Source: Pseudogymnoascus verrucosus (Eukaryota). From it: DNA of 64,000 nucleotides. The stretch lies in the NCBI GenBank assembly GCA_001662655.1, contig KV460209.1. One strand, 5' to 3'. Numbering within the stretch: the stretch's first letter is position 1; the number at the start of each line of letters is the position of its first letter. The notes below the pieces were generated by a model. It was not told the origin of the DNA, did not search any database, and saw only the letters and a program-made list of their open reading frames with translations. Positions 25,059 to 38,712 of the stretch are shown here, in pieces. The position numbers were made by a program, and so were the translations under genes.

Positions 25059-26047
25059 ATGGGCTCCTCAACCCCCGCGCAACTCCCCGCCATGGCGACA
25101 TCCCCGAAACACATCTTCTTCACCGACTTCGACGGGACCATCACCTCTCGCGACTCCAACGACTACATGACCGACAACCTCGGATTCGGCCAGCCCACCC
25201 GCCTCGCCCTCAACCGCCAGGTCCTCGCCAACGAGATCACCTTCCGCTCCGCCTTCAAGCAGATGCTGGATTCGATCCCGACGCCGTTCGATCAGTGCAC
25301 CAACATCCTGCTCGAGAGAATTGAGCTTGACCCCGGGTTTCGCGCGTTCTACGATTGGGCAAAGGCGAATAATGTCCCAATCGTTATTTTGAGTGGGGGA
25401 ATGACGCCGATTATTCGCGCGCTGCTGGATAAGCTGCTTGATGAGGATAGCAGCTGGATGCAGATTGTGAGCAATGAGGTTGGGGCTCGCCCGGGGAAGA
25501 GCATCAATGAGGAGAAGGGATGGGAGATTGTGTTCCATGACGAGACGTGAGTGTTCCTAGTCCTATCAACCCCCTCAACCCCTCTCAACACACCTCAACC
25601 AGACCTAGAAGAGACAAAACTAACCCCAACCAGCGGCTTCGGTCACGACAAGAGCAGCACCATCCGTCCCTACGCCGCCCTCCCCGCCGACCAGAGACCA
25701 ACCATGTTCTACGCCGGTGACGGAGTCTCCGATCTTTCTGCCGCCAAGGAGACTGATCTCCTCTTCGCCAAGAAGGGCCATGGTATGTCTTTCCCCCGCC
25801 ACTCCACAACACAACACAAACCCCAAACCCGCCTCCCTCTGCCAACATACCACACCATATACCTCGTACGTACTAACACCCCCCAGACCTAGTAACCTAC
25901 TGCGTCAAGCAACACGTCCCCTTCTACGAATTCGAAGACTGGACCACCATCCTCACCCAAGTCCAGAGCATCGTCTCCGGCGCCAAGAGCGTGAAGCAAG
26001 TTTCCGCCGAGGGAGTCGAGGCGTTCACCGCTGCGCTGAAGGCTTAA
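25059..26047 (+). CDS. HAD-superfamily phosphatase (MtnX / yeast YNL010W-like), 3 exons
   Basis: Motif I FFTDFDGTIT, motif II ILSGGM, FGHDK, motif IV YAGDGVSDLSAA. Introns ~25546-25633 and ~25783-25886. Confidence 0.88.
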
Positions 26048-27315
26048 GTGCATATCACATACCTTCTATCTCACACCTCGCATCTCACACCGACTTCATT
26101 ATCGCGCTTAGAGTGGATGAGCAAGACGTGTGGATGGGGTAGAGTAGGTAGAATTGGGAACGAGTGATGAACGGGAGGGACGTAGTGGAGTGAATTGACG
26201 ACCGAAAAACTGGATTTAGACGGCGGATTGGGGGTATAGAGGTTACTTCCTTTGGATCTTGGGCCATTTAGAGGGTAGAGGTAGACAGACACCTGATTGG
26301 TTACAAATAGACAAACATTTGGTTTTCTCTACACACCTCTACCTCGTGAACTGTCCTCAGCATTGTCGACTGTTCAACTGTGAGCAACATGACCTTCTAG
26401 TCATACACGTAGTAAATGGTAGTATTCACCCATCAACCAGTCACTACCAGCATAAACCACACACCATCGTCGAGTAAAGGATATATATTTGCTATGTTCT
26501 ATGTATACACCCATTCCAGCCTCAATTACCACCACACCACACTCCTCTCACATCCCACAAAAACAGCCACGCCAGTGCTTCACACCAGCGCACCGCAATT
26601 GCGGTTCAAAACAGGCATAATAGCCTCCTCCTCCCCCTTCTCTCTCTCTCTCGCAACTCGTTCAAAGCTGCTCTCCGCTCCGCTCCGCTCCCCGACAAAT
26701 AAAGTAAAAAAAATGATATGAAAATGGGTATAAGGAATGCGATCGCTGATCTTGCGTAAAAAAAACAGAACGAGGTCGAGTCGTCAAAGTCGTGGTCGCC
26801 CCTTTATCTGTTATAAATTGTAGCGTCTTTTTATCAAGGCTAGCCTCCGATGATGGTAAGGTCGGTGTCGTTGAAAGAATAAGTGGTTGTTGCTTAAATG
26901 TCTAGAATGAGTAATGTGAGACCAGACGGCGTTGGATCTGTAAATGGCCGTGGCTTTTAAGCATTAAGGGGGTGTGAAGTAGAAAGTCGAATAAAGGCCG
27001 TAACATGATTGCCAGGTTGCGCCTGGCAGGCATTGAGCGGTGGTTGAATGTGTGGTGTGAATGGTTGTTTCGCGCCTCGAACTTGTCGTGTAGCGTCTGT
27101 ATTTTCAACTTGGAGAAAGAATTGGGTAATTTTATCTGGAGGGTGTCGGTCGAGGACTTGAGATCGAAATGATGATTGTCGAGTCGGAAAAGGCCTGACA
27201 GCAAGAGTGGGTGGTGGTGCACAAAACAAACGCCGTGTCAAACAGAATATAACGCCGTCATAAAGCCGTGCCGTGGTCTGAGCAAAACTGAGTAAAAAAG
27301 AGTCCCATGGAAGAT

Positions 27316-29427
27316 TTACGGGTGCGCTGCAGCACTTGAGTTTGTCTCAGTCGATCCGTCTCCCTCAATCGTCTTCTTCCAGTGCTCAGGCAGGCAGACG
27401 CAGACGAGTGGGAACGCCTTGATTTCGCCGTTGACGGGCGGCGCCGGGTCCACACGTCCAGTGTTCGAAACACCGCTGTCGCGTTGGGCATTTCTCTGCG
27501 CATCCCACTCTTCAGCCCTCTCATCCACAATCACACCAGTTGCCCAACCATCATCCCAAATTCCAACAACCTTGAGCATGTCACCTCTCTCGAGCATGAA
27601 CTCATCTCCTGCGCGGGGCTGGTACGCCCACAGGGTCGACACCTTATCTCCGGGGTGAATCTCATCCTGAGAGTAGTAGTCTTTGAAATATGCCAGCTGC
27701 TCTGACTGCTGGCTTGCAATGCCATGTGGCGAAGAGAGCTCGTTTCCACTACCGGACATAGGAGAAGTAGGATCTTCTCCAAGGGCTGAGCCGCTCGAGA
27801 GCGACCCATTTCGGCGTCCAGCAGGTGGGGGGCGAAGAACTCCTCTGCGTTGGTCGGAATGTGGGCTCTCGCCATACTCGCTGGACGAGGATCCACCGTG
27901 TCTTCTGCCACGAGCATACCCTGCAGCCGCACCAGCAGCACTACCGCCAACAATAGAACTGCCCCGAGTAGGAGATTCTGAGTGACCACCTTCCAAGGCA
28001 GACATGCGAGCAATGCGGCCACCTGGAAGCACTTCAAAGCCTGCAGGTGGTTGGGGGCCAGAGCGGCCAGAGCCAGGAGCCTGGACCATACTGGCACCCT
28101 TGCGAGGAGGGCTGGGTTGGTTGAAGACGCTACCATTCTGGCTTCCACCTCGTTTGCGTCTGAGGCAAAACAGGACGAGGCCGATAATTAGAGCGATACC
28201 AGCGATTGCTCCGATGACGATACCCGCAATAGCACCTCCTGAGATCTTCTTGGAACCACCTGAGGAACCGGCTGCTGGGGGTGTTGTCGGTGTTGTTGAA
28301 GCTGTCGACGATGATCCCGCAGATGAAGATGGCAGAGTAATTGACTTCGTGATGCTGGGCAGGACAACGCCAACACACACGGATTCCGCCTGAGAGTTGT
28401 AGCAGCAGGTGTCTGTTGAATTCTGGCCACCAGCCCCACAGTACCCGCACAAACCAACTGTGCTTGTTCCGAAACCGCAGTTATCTGGCTCGTTCTCGAT
28501 GCCATTAATGCATTTTCCACTGTTCAGCGAATTTGCCGGCAATGAACAGGTGATAAAATCTGCGCGGATCTGTTCCACCTGCTGGTTAGGATCAAACCCC
28601 GAGGTTGTGCAAAGGCTAGCATCGTTAATGATCCTTCCTTCACTGAGGGCTTGTTGACTCTGGAGAATTTGTAAGTATAAGGAGCGTTGGTTAAATACCC
28701 GGGGTTGTCACTTACGCATGCATCAGCACACAGTGGCTCCAACTCGTCTGCGGTGAGTTGGCAGTTGTCTTTAGAGTTCTGTATTATCGCATTACATATA
28801 ACTGAAGTGGTAAAGCGTGCGTAAAGCTCGGTTGTATTGGTGATGTCGATATTAGAGCATCCCAGGAGAGTTTGATATCTATACTTCAGGTAAGACATTG
28901 CCGGACGAGAGGCTGGAATGAAGGTCCAACTTACTTCTGCTGTACATAAGATGTTTTAACATACGAAAGTAATTTCTGATCGAAAGAAGCGGTGTCTGTA
29001 ACTGTCTTTAAGAATGGGCTGGAGAATAACGAGGTTAGCTGGGTCGGCAAATTCGCAATCGCTCAGGCCGAAATAGTACATACAATAAGTCTGCCACACC
29101 GCCAGTGACTGATACCGATGAAAGATTAAAAGCCGGACAGGCCTTGGAGCCCGAGAGCGAAATGCAATTTTGTTGAGCGAGAGCCGTAGGCACCGTGGCT
29201 AGTATCGAGAGCAGCACGACCGACTTGGTCAATCGTCGGGTACCCGGCCCTCCACGTTTGTACGACTGTTTACGATTCCCCGTTGCTGGGCATCGCGTCC
29301 CTTCCACCGCCTGGGACTCACGAGCTGCCATCGTCTTCTTGTTGTAGTTTCGATTTCGATTTCGCGCGGTGCGATGACCGGTTTGCCCTCTCCCTCCCTG
29401 TCTTCCTTCAGCGTTCGTGTTTTCCAA
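27316..29427 (-). CDS. Type I membrane protein: Cys-rich ectodomain, S/T linker, TM helix, C-terminal SH3
   Basis: Hydrophobic signal segment VVLLSILATVPTALA, many Cys, TM GAIAGIVIGAIAGIALIIGLVLFCL followed by RRKR, SH3 LWAYQPRAGDEFMLERGDMLKVVGIWDDGWATG...AFPLVCV. Three introns. Start is 29427 or 29331. Confidence 0.85.
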
Positions 29428-30122
29428 CCGTCATTCAACTCCGCGCTCCCCCACTGTCCTCAATTGTCGAAATGGGCGGCAGGCGCGATCAATTCTCAAC
29501 AGCCCTGGACAATCCAAGTGGATGAGCCAGGAGATGAAGAGAAAGCGACCGAAAAAAAGAGAAAAACGAGTGACTTGAAGGTGACGGCGAAGAAAGTTGT
29601 AAGAGAACAAGAGCGAAAATCGAGTCAATACATCTGAGGCTACGAGTTGGCCGTAGTAACAGTTCGCGATGGGCCTGTAATAGGTTCCCAGGGGGGGTGG
29701 GCTCAGTCGATTGGAGCAGGAACGATGGATGATCGATGCCACAGAGCTGGAACTTGTAGGGGAAGGAAGGAGGGGCCACCACACTGCGCTGAAGTATAGA
29801 GCGCTATTGGTATAGGATAAAAGGGCCAGGAAGGAGCGAAGGGTTCGGCGCAATAGTGCAAAGCAAGTGCGCCAAGTGCAAGGAAGTAGCACTGGAACGA
29901 ATGTTTTCCTGCTGGGGGGGAGGGGAAACAAACAGAGGGGTGTACGGAGTACGAGGGGGCTGGGGAAAGGAAAATATTCTGGAGGGGCGCACAGCGCGCA
30001 TCGCAGCTAGAACACCACTTCAAGCCGTTCAAGCCATTCAGGTACCACACTGTGCATCGATAGCTTCCTGCACTGTACTATAACTGTCCACCACGGTAAG
30101 TACTACTGCGCTCTATTTCTAT

Positions 30123-30182
30123 AGTACAGTCCTACTAACAGTACTACTGACAGTACTATACAGTACTATACAGTACTACTGC
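30123..30182. repeat. Short tandem repeat CAGTACTA(C/T)(N), ~5 copies
   Basis: cagtcctactaa cagtactactga cagtactata cagtactata cagtactact. Confidence 0.75.
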
Positions 30183-32389
30183 ACCCAGGGTTTGTGGAGC
30201 AAGACCTCATGGCTGAAACTGTCATATCCATGATTGGAGCTCTGCCCAGATACCGTCCTGTCCTGTTTATATATTTGCGGGCTAGATTATTGAGAAAGCG
30301 TGGGAAAGCGTGGGAAAAGAGTGGGAAAATCCCACTTCAATTGGTTGGGCGGCGGCCCGGTGTGGAGAGCTCATATCGCTTCAGCAAGAGCTCATTTCCC
30401 CATCCTGCACTATCGCTGGGGAGAGGCTGTTTGAACTACCGCATGCGGTTAGATGGTGTCGAGACTTAAGCTTACTACTCTGGGCACAAAGTCGTATCCC
30501 AGAGTATTCGTGATTCTCCACCATACGGCACGTTCTCCGAAAGGAGATACAAGGGAGATGCCAGTTCAAACCGGGCCGCCTCTCAACTGAAATCCAATCC
30601 AATCCAGGGACTCGAGTTACTCAACACGGACGCTCCCTCCCTTCCCTTGCCGTCCTTTTTTTGTGGCCGTATCCACTGGTTTTGCGCCGGCGCCGTGTGG
30701 TCTGGGCGACACAGTGGTTTTTGTATGCCCCAGTTGTTTCGTATGCCCCTGCTGTCCTCCTCTATTGAGTGGCTTTCGTGAGTTCGGCAGTCGTCCATGG
30801 TGGTTGCACACAACCAAAGCCGTCGTCCCTTGTGAGGATCCGACGTTCTGGCTTTCTGTCACTTCTTGTGTGTCCGCAACTGTTTGCCTGCTGTATACCA
30901 ATCAATCGTCCCTCCAAAAACCATCGCGGCAGCCCGTCCATCCCGCCTTCAAAGCTGTCTTATCCCCATCCGAATCCGGCGCTAATACACGCACCACCGA
31001 ACACATACAGAGAAATGCACCTGTACTCCACCAGAAGACCCTTTGAAATGCCGATCAAGATCCCCTATATACCATGCTTTGATCGTCCTTCCTTCGGTTT
31101 GAGGCGAGATTTTGAGACAGCGGCAGCTCATGGCCGCCTCTAGCGATTTGCCAGTTGCCATTTATGCATTAATGTAAACGCAATGCATAATGTTTTGGCG
31201 CGACGCTGTTATATGTAACAACGGCCACTGTCACGAAAGAGAGCACAGCCCACTCATGCCGCCGGAGTGCATGATAGCGAGTGGTTTGCAGTTCACGGCG
31301 TTTGGGTGACAGAAATATTTCCCCGAGATTGAACACAAATCCACCAACGCCCAGAATAGATGGTCGACGGTTCATCGAAGGATCGAGCTGCCAATGACAG
31401 ATGGCGTTCCTGGTGGCGCCAAGATGCGCTCCTGAACGGGTAGCAGTCAGGTACGATCGGGATGACGATACTGCACGTGCCCCAGGGTTTAATGGCGAGG
31501 AGGTTCAGGCAAGAACGGCTTTGCGACAAGACAATAGGTCTGAGGGGTATCGAGACGATGATAATTGATGCTATATGGGACGTTAGCTAATACCTTCTCA
31601 GAGGGATGAGGCAGATGTGGAGTAAGTATAGGACTGGCAAAGTTGCTGCGACAGCATTCTCATTCTGCCTCTAATTAGTGGCTGAGTGAATTATGATACA
31701 GATAATCGGATGATATCATGCAATCCCTACAGCGTGCCACGATCGACGACCAACGCCTGTGGGATAGGGAAATGTCGGTAGGCACAAAATCCAGTTTCTG
31801 GTGTAAGTCTACTGTACATTTTGTAGATGGAGTTTGTATTAGGAACTGTTATGGCTGCCATTATGGCTGCCATTGTGGATGTGACACGTGACATCGAGTC
31901 AATTTGATGGAGGTTTTTGATAACCTACAACAACAAAAGGGCCATTACAATTAATAGGGTATGTGTCAAAGAGGGGTATGGTTGGTGCATGGATTTATTT
32001 ATGGTTTTTATAAGAATATTTGATGATTCGAGGTAGTAAATGTTAACATTTTAATATTTTCAAATATGAGGCATTCAATAATATGATAAATATTTATAAA
32101 TATCCAATATAATTAACCCCACACTTTTCCTTCACGAAAACACGACTAGGGACACCCAAAATAAAACAAGCTGTATTACATAGTAAAAGCTACTAAATTT
32201 GTACCTTACCCATTAACCTCGTTATATGTTACTGATAGTTGAGGTCATCAGCATTCTATGACGTCTTGATCGAGATATTGGTTCCGCCACCTTAACTGAT
32301 ATCAATATCCCCCAAACGCCTGTAAATCCAATCTTCAACTTATTACCATCTTCTAAAATCTACTGAATAATAATCTAACAACTACCACA

Positions 32390-33006
32390 ATGGCAAGACT
32401 ATCCCACGTTGGCAACCCATCGGTGTACGAAGCGGGCGACCAGAGAGGTCCGCGAACAGAAGCTGAGCAGCGTCAGCATGGTAAGATATTTATCCACCTA
32501 GGCAATCATTGGGCGTCTCAGTGATTCCAACGTTGCTAACGGAGAGACAGACATCGAAGTAATGAAGGATACTGGGCACACAAGCAAGAAGGCCGCAGAG
32601 CACGAGCATAGGGTTAGAACTTCACATGCGCCATCATGAAATATACTGTATTCTGACCAGAGACAACCACAGACGTCGCAGCAGAGAAGGGAATTTCCTC
32701 ATAAGAGAGAGGAAGAGAAGGAGACGGAGATGTTGAAGATAGATCCAACGCTGCCGGTAAGATGATTGTCGATTCCTCCATCTTTCAAGATTCGCCATCT
32801 CCACCACTGAGGTAGAGCAACGTGTCTAAGCTACACACAAGCTTTCCCATCAATATATTGGTAGAGATAAAGGATGAGGGCTAACCCAAAATCTATAGGC
32901 TCAAATGCACAGCAATGAACCCAGCCGAGGCGCCAAGATTGATAAAGTGCTGAAGAATGAAGATGAGGCAGAGATCAGACAGAAAGATGAGGCAGTAGCT
33001 TTTTAA
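32390..33006 (+). CDS. Small hydrophilic fungal protein (~114 aa), 4 exons, absent from the ORF track
   Basis: Exons 32390-32480, 32551-32612, 32673-32756 and 32899-33006 splice in frame (345 nt): MARLSHVGNPSVYEAGDQR...KIDPTLP|AQMHSNEPSRGAKIDKVLKNEDE. All introns are GT-AG with branch points. Confidence 0.8.
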
Positions 33007-33563
33007 ACATGGTCTAAAATAGAAATAGATTGAAGACGATATCATTTCTGTATGCAAGCCAGTAGCAAAGAGTTCGATTTTATATGTATGTGTGAAGAGT
33101 GCCCACTTACCACTCCACATTCTTGAATCTCTCAGCCTTACCCCACAAAATGGGCTAACACGAATTTGGGATCAATGAGAAACTAAAGGATGAGCTGAGA
33201 ATCTGCGCAGCGATTCTGATTTATAGAGCAGAAACATAACCATTTAATATCCAAGCGATAAAATTAAAATTACACTTTGTTGTGCGTGAAACCAGATATC
33301 TCATCACCAAACACCCACAGCCTCGCCGGTAGCCTGACGCAACGTCACGATTCGCGTAACCAAATCGGGAGAGCTACGAGCTCCAGGCCAGCCTTCCAGG
33401 AACCACCGATCCACGACCACCCCTCACATGCGCCACGGACACTCTCTCACGATAACAGATGCCCCGACCCTAAACATCGCTACTCCACCATCTGAAGGGC
33501 AAAGAGAAGGCTAAAATTTCATGTCCATAACCGTTCGCCCGTGACGGGTACACCACCGCCGCC

Positions 33564-36500
33564 ATGGGACAGGGCTTCTCGCTGCAGGCGCTCTCGGCGG
33601 GGCCGGGCGGCATAGACGTGCCTGAGCTTTCGGACCTGACGTACGAGAAATCCATGGGGTCGGCGCGGTTTATGAAGAGTATCCGAGCGCGCCATGACGA
33701 TGGCGTGGTGCTGGTGAAGGTTGTCGTTAAGCCGTATGTGATGAAGCTTGACAAGTATAGGAAGAGGATTATCGGTAGGTTTCTGGCAGCTGCACCGGTT
33801 TATGAGGAGAGTTACTAACTGGGGATTATAGAGGAACGAGCGGCGCTGGCGGATATACCGAATGCTCTGGGCTACGAGCGGATTATAGAGACGGAGAATA
33901 ATGGATACCTGGTTCGACAGTACCTCTACAGCTCATTATATGATCGCATGAGCACGAGGCCGTTCCTGGAAGATATAGAGAAGAAATGGCTGGCATTCCA
34001 GCTGCTATGCGCTCTACGTGATTGCCATGCGAGAGATATCTTTCACGGCGACATCAAGACCGAAAACACCCTCGTCACATCGTGGAACTGGTTATACCTG
34101 TCCGATTTCTCATCCTCGTTCAAGCCCACGACACTTCCTGAGGATAACCCTGCCGATTTCTCCTACTTCTTCGATACCGCGGGAAGGAGAACGTGTTACC
34201 TTGCACCCGAGAGGTTTCTAAGCCCAGGCCAAGAGGCTGATCCAAAGGCTAGTATAACTTGGGCCATGGATGTCTTCAGCGCCGGTTGCGTGATTGCGGA
34301 ACTCTTCCTGGAATCGCCAATCTTTAATCTGAGCCAGCTTTACCAATACAAGAAGGGCGAATATGATCCTCTGACTCGAATTAACGGCATCGCAGATAAG
34401 GACATACGCGACCTGGTAGCCCACATGATCCAGCTCGAACCCGAGGCGAGGTATTCTGCGGAAGAATACCTGAATTTTTGGAGGAATAAGGCGTTTCCGG
34501 AATATTTTTACGGCTTTTTGCATCAGTATATGGGCGTGATTACCGACCCCACGTCAGGGCGAGCACCTATTACTGGCTCCTCAGTAAACCTAGGCGAAGC
34601 GGATGACAGGATTGACCGAATCTACTATGATTTTGACAAGATATCGTACTTTCTGGGCTACCAGAACTCCAGATCAGAAGGAGAGGAACATCGGCTTAAT
34701 GCTTCACAGTTTAGGCTCCAGCTCCTCCCTGTGCATTTAAGCATCCCAAACAACGATCACCAGATCTCGAGCTCTGGAAGCCGACCTGAGGATGATGGGA
34801 CTCTGATATTCTTGACAGTCGTTGTATCATCAGTGCGGAACACAGCACGAGCAGCCACACGGGCGCGGGCTTGCGATCTCCTCCTTGCTTTCGCTGAACG
34901 CCTAACAGACGAAGCCAAGCTAGACCGAGTTCTCCCATACATGGTTTCGCTGTTAAACGACAAGTCTGACATCGTCAAAGTTAGTGCAATTCGCACACTC
35001 ACCCAGCTTATGACGATGGTCAAGGTGATCTCGCCAGTGAATGCCCACGTCTTCCAAGAATACATACTGGATCGCATGGCTCCATTCCTCGCAAACACGA
35101 AGACAAACCCGAGCCCGATCGTTAGAGCAACGTACGCGGCATGCCTGGGAAGCCTTGCAACAGCCGCATCCCGATTTCTAGATATGGTGGCAACGCTGAA
35201 AGCTGATGGGTCGCTGCCTACGATTGACCCAGAAGCAGATGGGAATGCACCGGTTCTCTATGGACTCTTTGACAGCGCCCGCGCGGAGCTGATAGAGATA
35301 TTCGAGACGCACACCAAGGCGCTCATTACGGATGGCGACTCGTCGGTGAGGCAGGCATTTCTGGGCTCCGTCCCGGAGCTGTGCATGTTCTTCGGGACTG
35401 CGGACTCCAACGATATTATCCTGAGTCATTTGAACACATACCTTAATGGCAGGGATTGGGAGCTGAAGTGCGCTTTCTTTGAGACTATCGTCGGTGTTGC
35501 AACGTTTCTTGGTGGCGTGACACTAGAGGAGTTTATCTTGCCATTGATGGTACAGGCCCTCACCGACCCGGAAGAGTTTGTCGTTGAAAAAGTCCTGCGG
35601 TCGCTTGGCCACATGGCCGAACTCGGTCTATTCCAACGGTCGAAGACCTGGGAGCTAGTCGACGTTGTGGGCCGCTTCACTATGCACCCGAATATTTGGA
35701 TTCGTGAGGCAGCAGCTATGTTCATATCATCGTCAACTAGCTTCTTATCGATGGCGGATAGGCAGTGTATAGTGCTACCATTAATAAGGCCGTACCTGAA
35801 GAGCGACATTAGGGACTTCTCGGAGTTGAGGCTTCTTGATGCCTTGAAGAAGCCACTTCCTAGACCTGTACTTGATCTGGCGAGTAATTGGGCATTGAAG
35901 GTTGATCGGGGCGTGTTTTGGAAATCTGCACCCAAGCAGAAAACATTCTCGTTTGGATCTTCGAATCATACTATTCCGTCTTTCTCGGCCAAAGATACGA
36001 CGCAGAATGCTCTGGCCAAGGTCCCCAAAAACGAGGAAGATGAGCACTGGATTGTACGACTACGAACCCAGGGAATGATGGCCGAGGACGAGTTTAAGCT
36101 GGTCGCCCTGCAAGAATATATTTGGAAAACGTCTCATTTGAAGACGAAAGAGCCGGTTAAGCACCCTGAGTATTTGAATGAGGTGATAAACCTGCGGAAG
36201 TTTGGTATTACGCCTCAAACCGTCATGTTTGACGAAGGATTTGAAGAAGCCCCTGGAAGTGGCAAATCACCTTCAGTAGATGCCGACAAGACGACCCACA
36301 CTATCGCCGATGCATTACTCGATGCTTCGCTGACGATAGATGATACGTCGTCTCGATGGAGACAGAAGGGATATAGCAACCACCAGGCGCGCTTGGAAGA
36401 ACACAATTCGACACTATCTGCGTCTGATAAAGGATCTAAAGAACCATCCCCTGCGAGATCACCACCAGGCAATGCTATGCAGAATGCGAGACAAAGTTCT

Positions 36501-38312
36501 GCTGCGAACCAAAGGCAAAGACCGACTTCTGACCAGTCAAGAGAGCCCCGTAGCAGTGGCAGAGCAAGCGATGATGATTCTGTGTCAATTACAAGCACTA
36601 GACGTGGCGGCCGACAGCAGCCGTCAAATGGTGCTATGTCTCTCCTCGGCCGGAACGATACAGCCAAGTCTTTCCCTAAAACGAGCACTACATCTACAAA
36701 TGCCTTTGGTAGAGTTGAAGGCCCATTTAAGGGTACTAGCCACCCGGCAGCTGATCATGATCTCATGCAAAAGACTGAGGAGGCCAAGAAGAAGGATATC
36801 AAGTATCGCGCGGCGCACACATATTCTGGCAATGACCCCAGCATCCTTCAGATGCTTGACGCCATGTATGTTGAGAATTATCCAGACAACGTGCTTGAAT
36901 TCGGTCCTATGGTTACGCCTGTCAGCCGACGCAAACCCGTCCAAAGAAGCAATATACAAGCAGTTGAAAAGCCATGGAAGCCTGTTGGCATACTTGTAGC
37001 ACAGTTCTCTGAGCATTCTGGGCCTATTAATCGAGTTGTTGTGGCGCCAGACCACATGTTCTTCCTCACCGGAGGCGATGACGGGACTGTCAAGTTGTGG
37101 GATACCGGCAGACTCGAAAGAAACATCGCACATCGGTCACGGCAGACTCATAGGCATGCAGCGGGGGCTAAAGTGAAGGCATTGTGCTTCATAGAGAACA
37201 CGCACTGCTTCGCAAGCTGTGCAACTGACGGGAGTGTCAATGTTGTTAAGGTCGATTTTGTATACCGGACTGGTGTCGCCTCTGCCCGGTATGGAAAGCT
37301 CAAGGTCATCCGCGACTACCAGCTACCAAAGGACGAGTATGTTGTTTGGTGCGACCACTTCCGCGTCGAAACGAGCTCAGTATTGATGCTAGCGACCAAC
37401 AAGTCGCGCATCATTGCCCTAGATCTGCGAACCATGACGATCCTCTACGAGCTGGAGAATAACGTACACCATGGTTCTCCGACGTGTTTCCTTGTGGATA
37501 GAAAGCGGCAATGGATCTTGATTGGTACTTCTCATGGCATTCTTGACTTATGGGATCTAAGATTCAGGATTCTGGTGCGGAGTTGGGGAGTGCCAGGCGC
37601 GACCTCTATTAGCCGCATATGCTTCCATCCGTATAGGGGGAGGGGTAAATGGGTATGTGTCTCTGGTGGGAATGCCCATGGAGAGATAACGGCATGGGAC
37701 TTGGAGAAGTTTCAATGCAGGGAGGTGTACCGTTCAGGAGGCGGCGAAGATAGACCCCCAAGATCTTATGACCCTTGGCCGGTCGACGATGACAAGCCAG
37801 AGAGCATGCTGGAGCGCTTTGCAGCTACGCATGACCTCACTACAAGCAATGCGTCTGCCCAGGGAGCCTGCGCTATGGTCACAGGGACAGATGCATACGA
37901 AGACGGCTCGGAGTTGAAGTATGGGTTCATCATTGCCGGTGGGGCGGACAGAAAACTGCGGTTCTGGGATATGGCAGATTCAAAGCACTCTGAGATCCTT
38001 AGCGGGCAGGAGATTGATGACCCCAAGCCTGTTTACACGATATCGAGGCCCACCACTGGACTCATAGTGAATGTCGAAAGGCTGCCTCGGCCGCAACCCA
38101 CGGCGCAAAACGCAGCCGCTGGATCTCGAAGTTCGTCGAGTAATAGTAAGGGCCAGGACAAAAAGTCGTCGCGGCCTACGGTGATGTCGTTGCACCAGCA
38201 GTTGTTGCTCAGGACGCATCTTGATGCGATTACTGACGTTGCACTGATTGAGGCTCCGTATGGAATGACGGTTTCTGTGGACAGATCTGGGTGCACATAT
38301 GTCTTTCAATGA
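33564..38312 (+). CDS. VPS15: PI3K regulatory Ser/Thr kinase-like subunit Vps15 (kinase-HEAT-WD40)
   Basis: Myristoylation start MGQGFS, intron ~33775-33831, FHGDIKTEN, RRTCYLAPERF, HEAT repeats, C-terminal WD40. Confidence 0.96.
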
Positions 38313-38712
38313 GTGTTTAGGAGTACTGGAGACGGAGTTATAGATTTGCATGGGGAGAGTTGAATGGCGCAGAGGTTGTATAGATACCAAGGATACATTT
38401 AGTGAAATATTATTATACAGTTTTAGACATGCTCTCTGAACGAATTGGAATTGTGATACTGAAGTTATTTGTGTTAGGATCTCGCTATCTTCCTAATTCA
38501 TCCTAATTAGTACTAGCGCAAGTTAATTCATAATTTTGAAGCTATCATCAGGCGCGGTCCAACCTTCAGCCTTGCCGAAAACCACGAGACACCACAATCC
38601 CACCGATTCACCCACGCCCACACCCCCCACCACCTCTTTCATTTACGATCCGACTACCCGCATGCCACCGACACTGAATCTACATAGGTAAACGTCCAGA
38701 CAAACCGCAGCA

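Noticed and set aside
30190..31530. Short ORFs in the long intergenic region
   Set aside because: No codon bias, motifs or coherent splice model.
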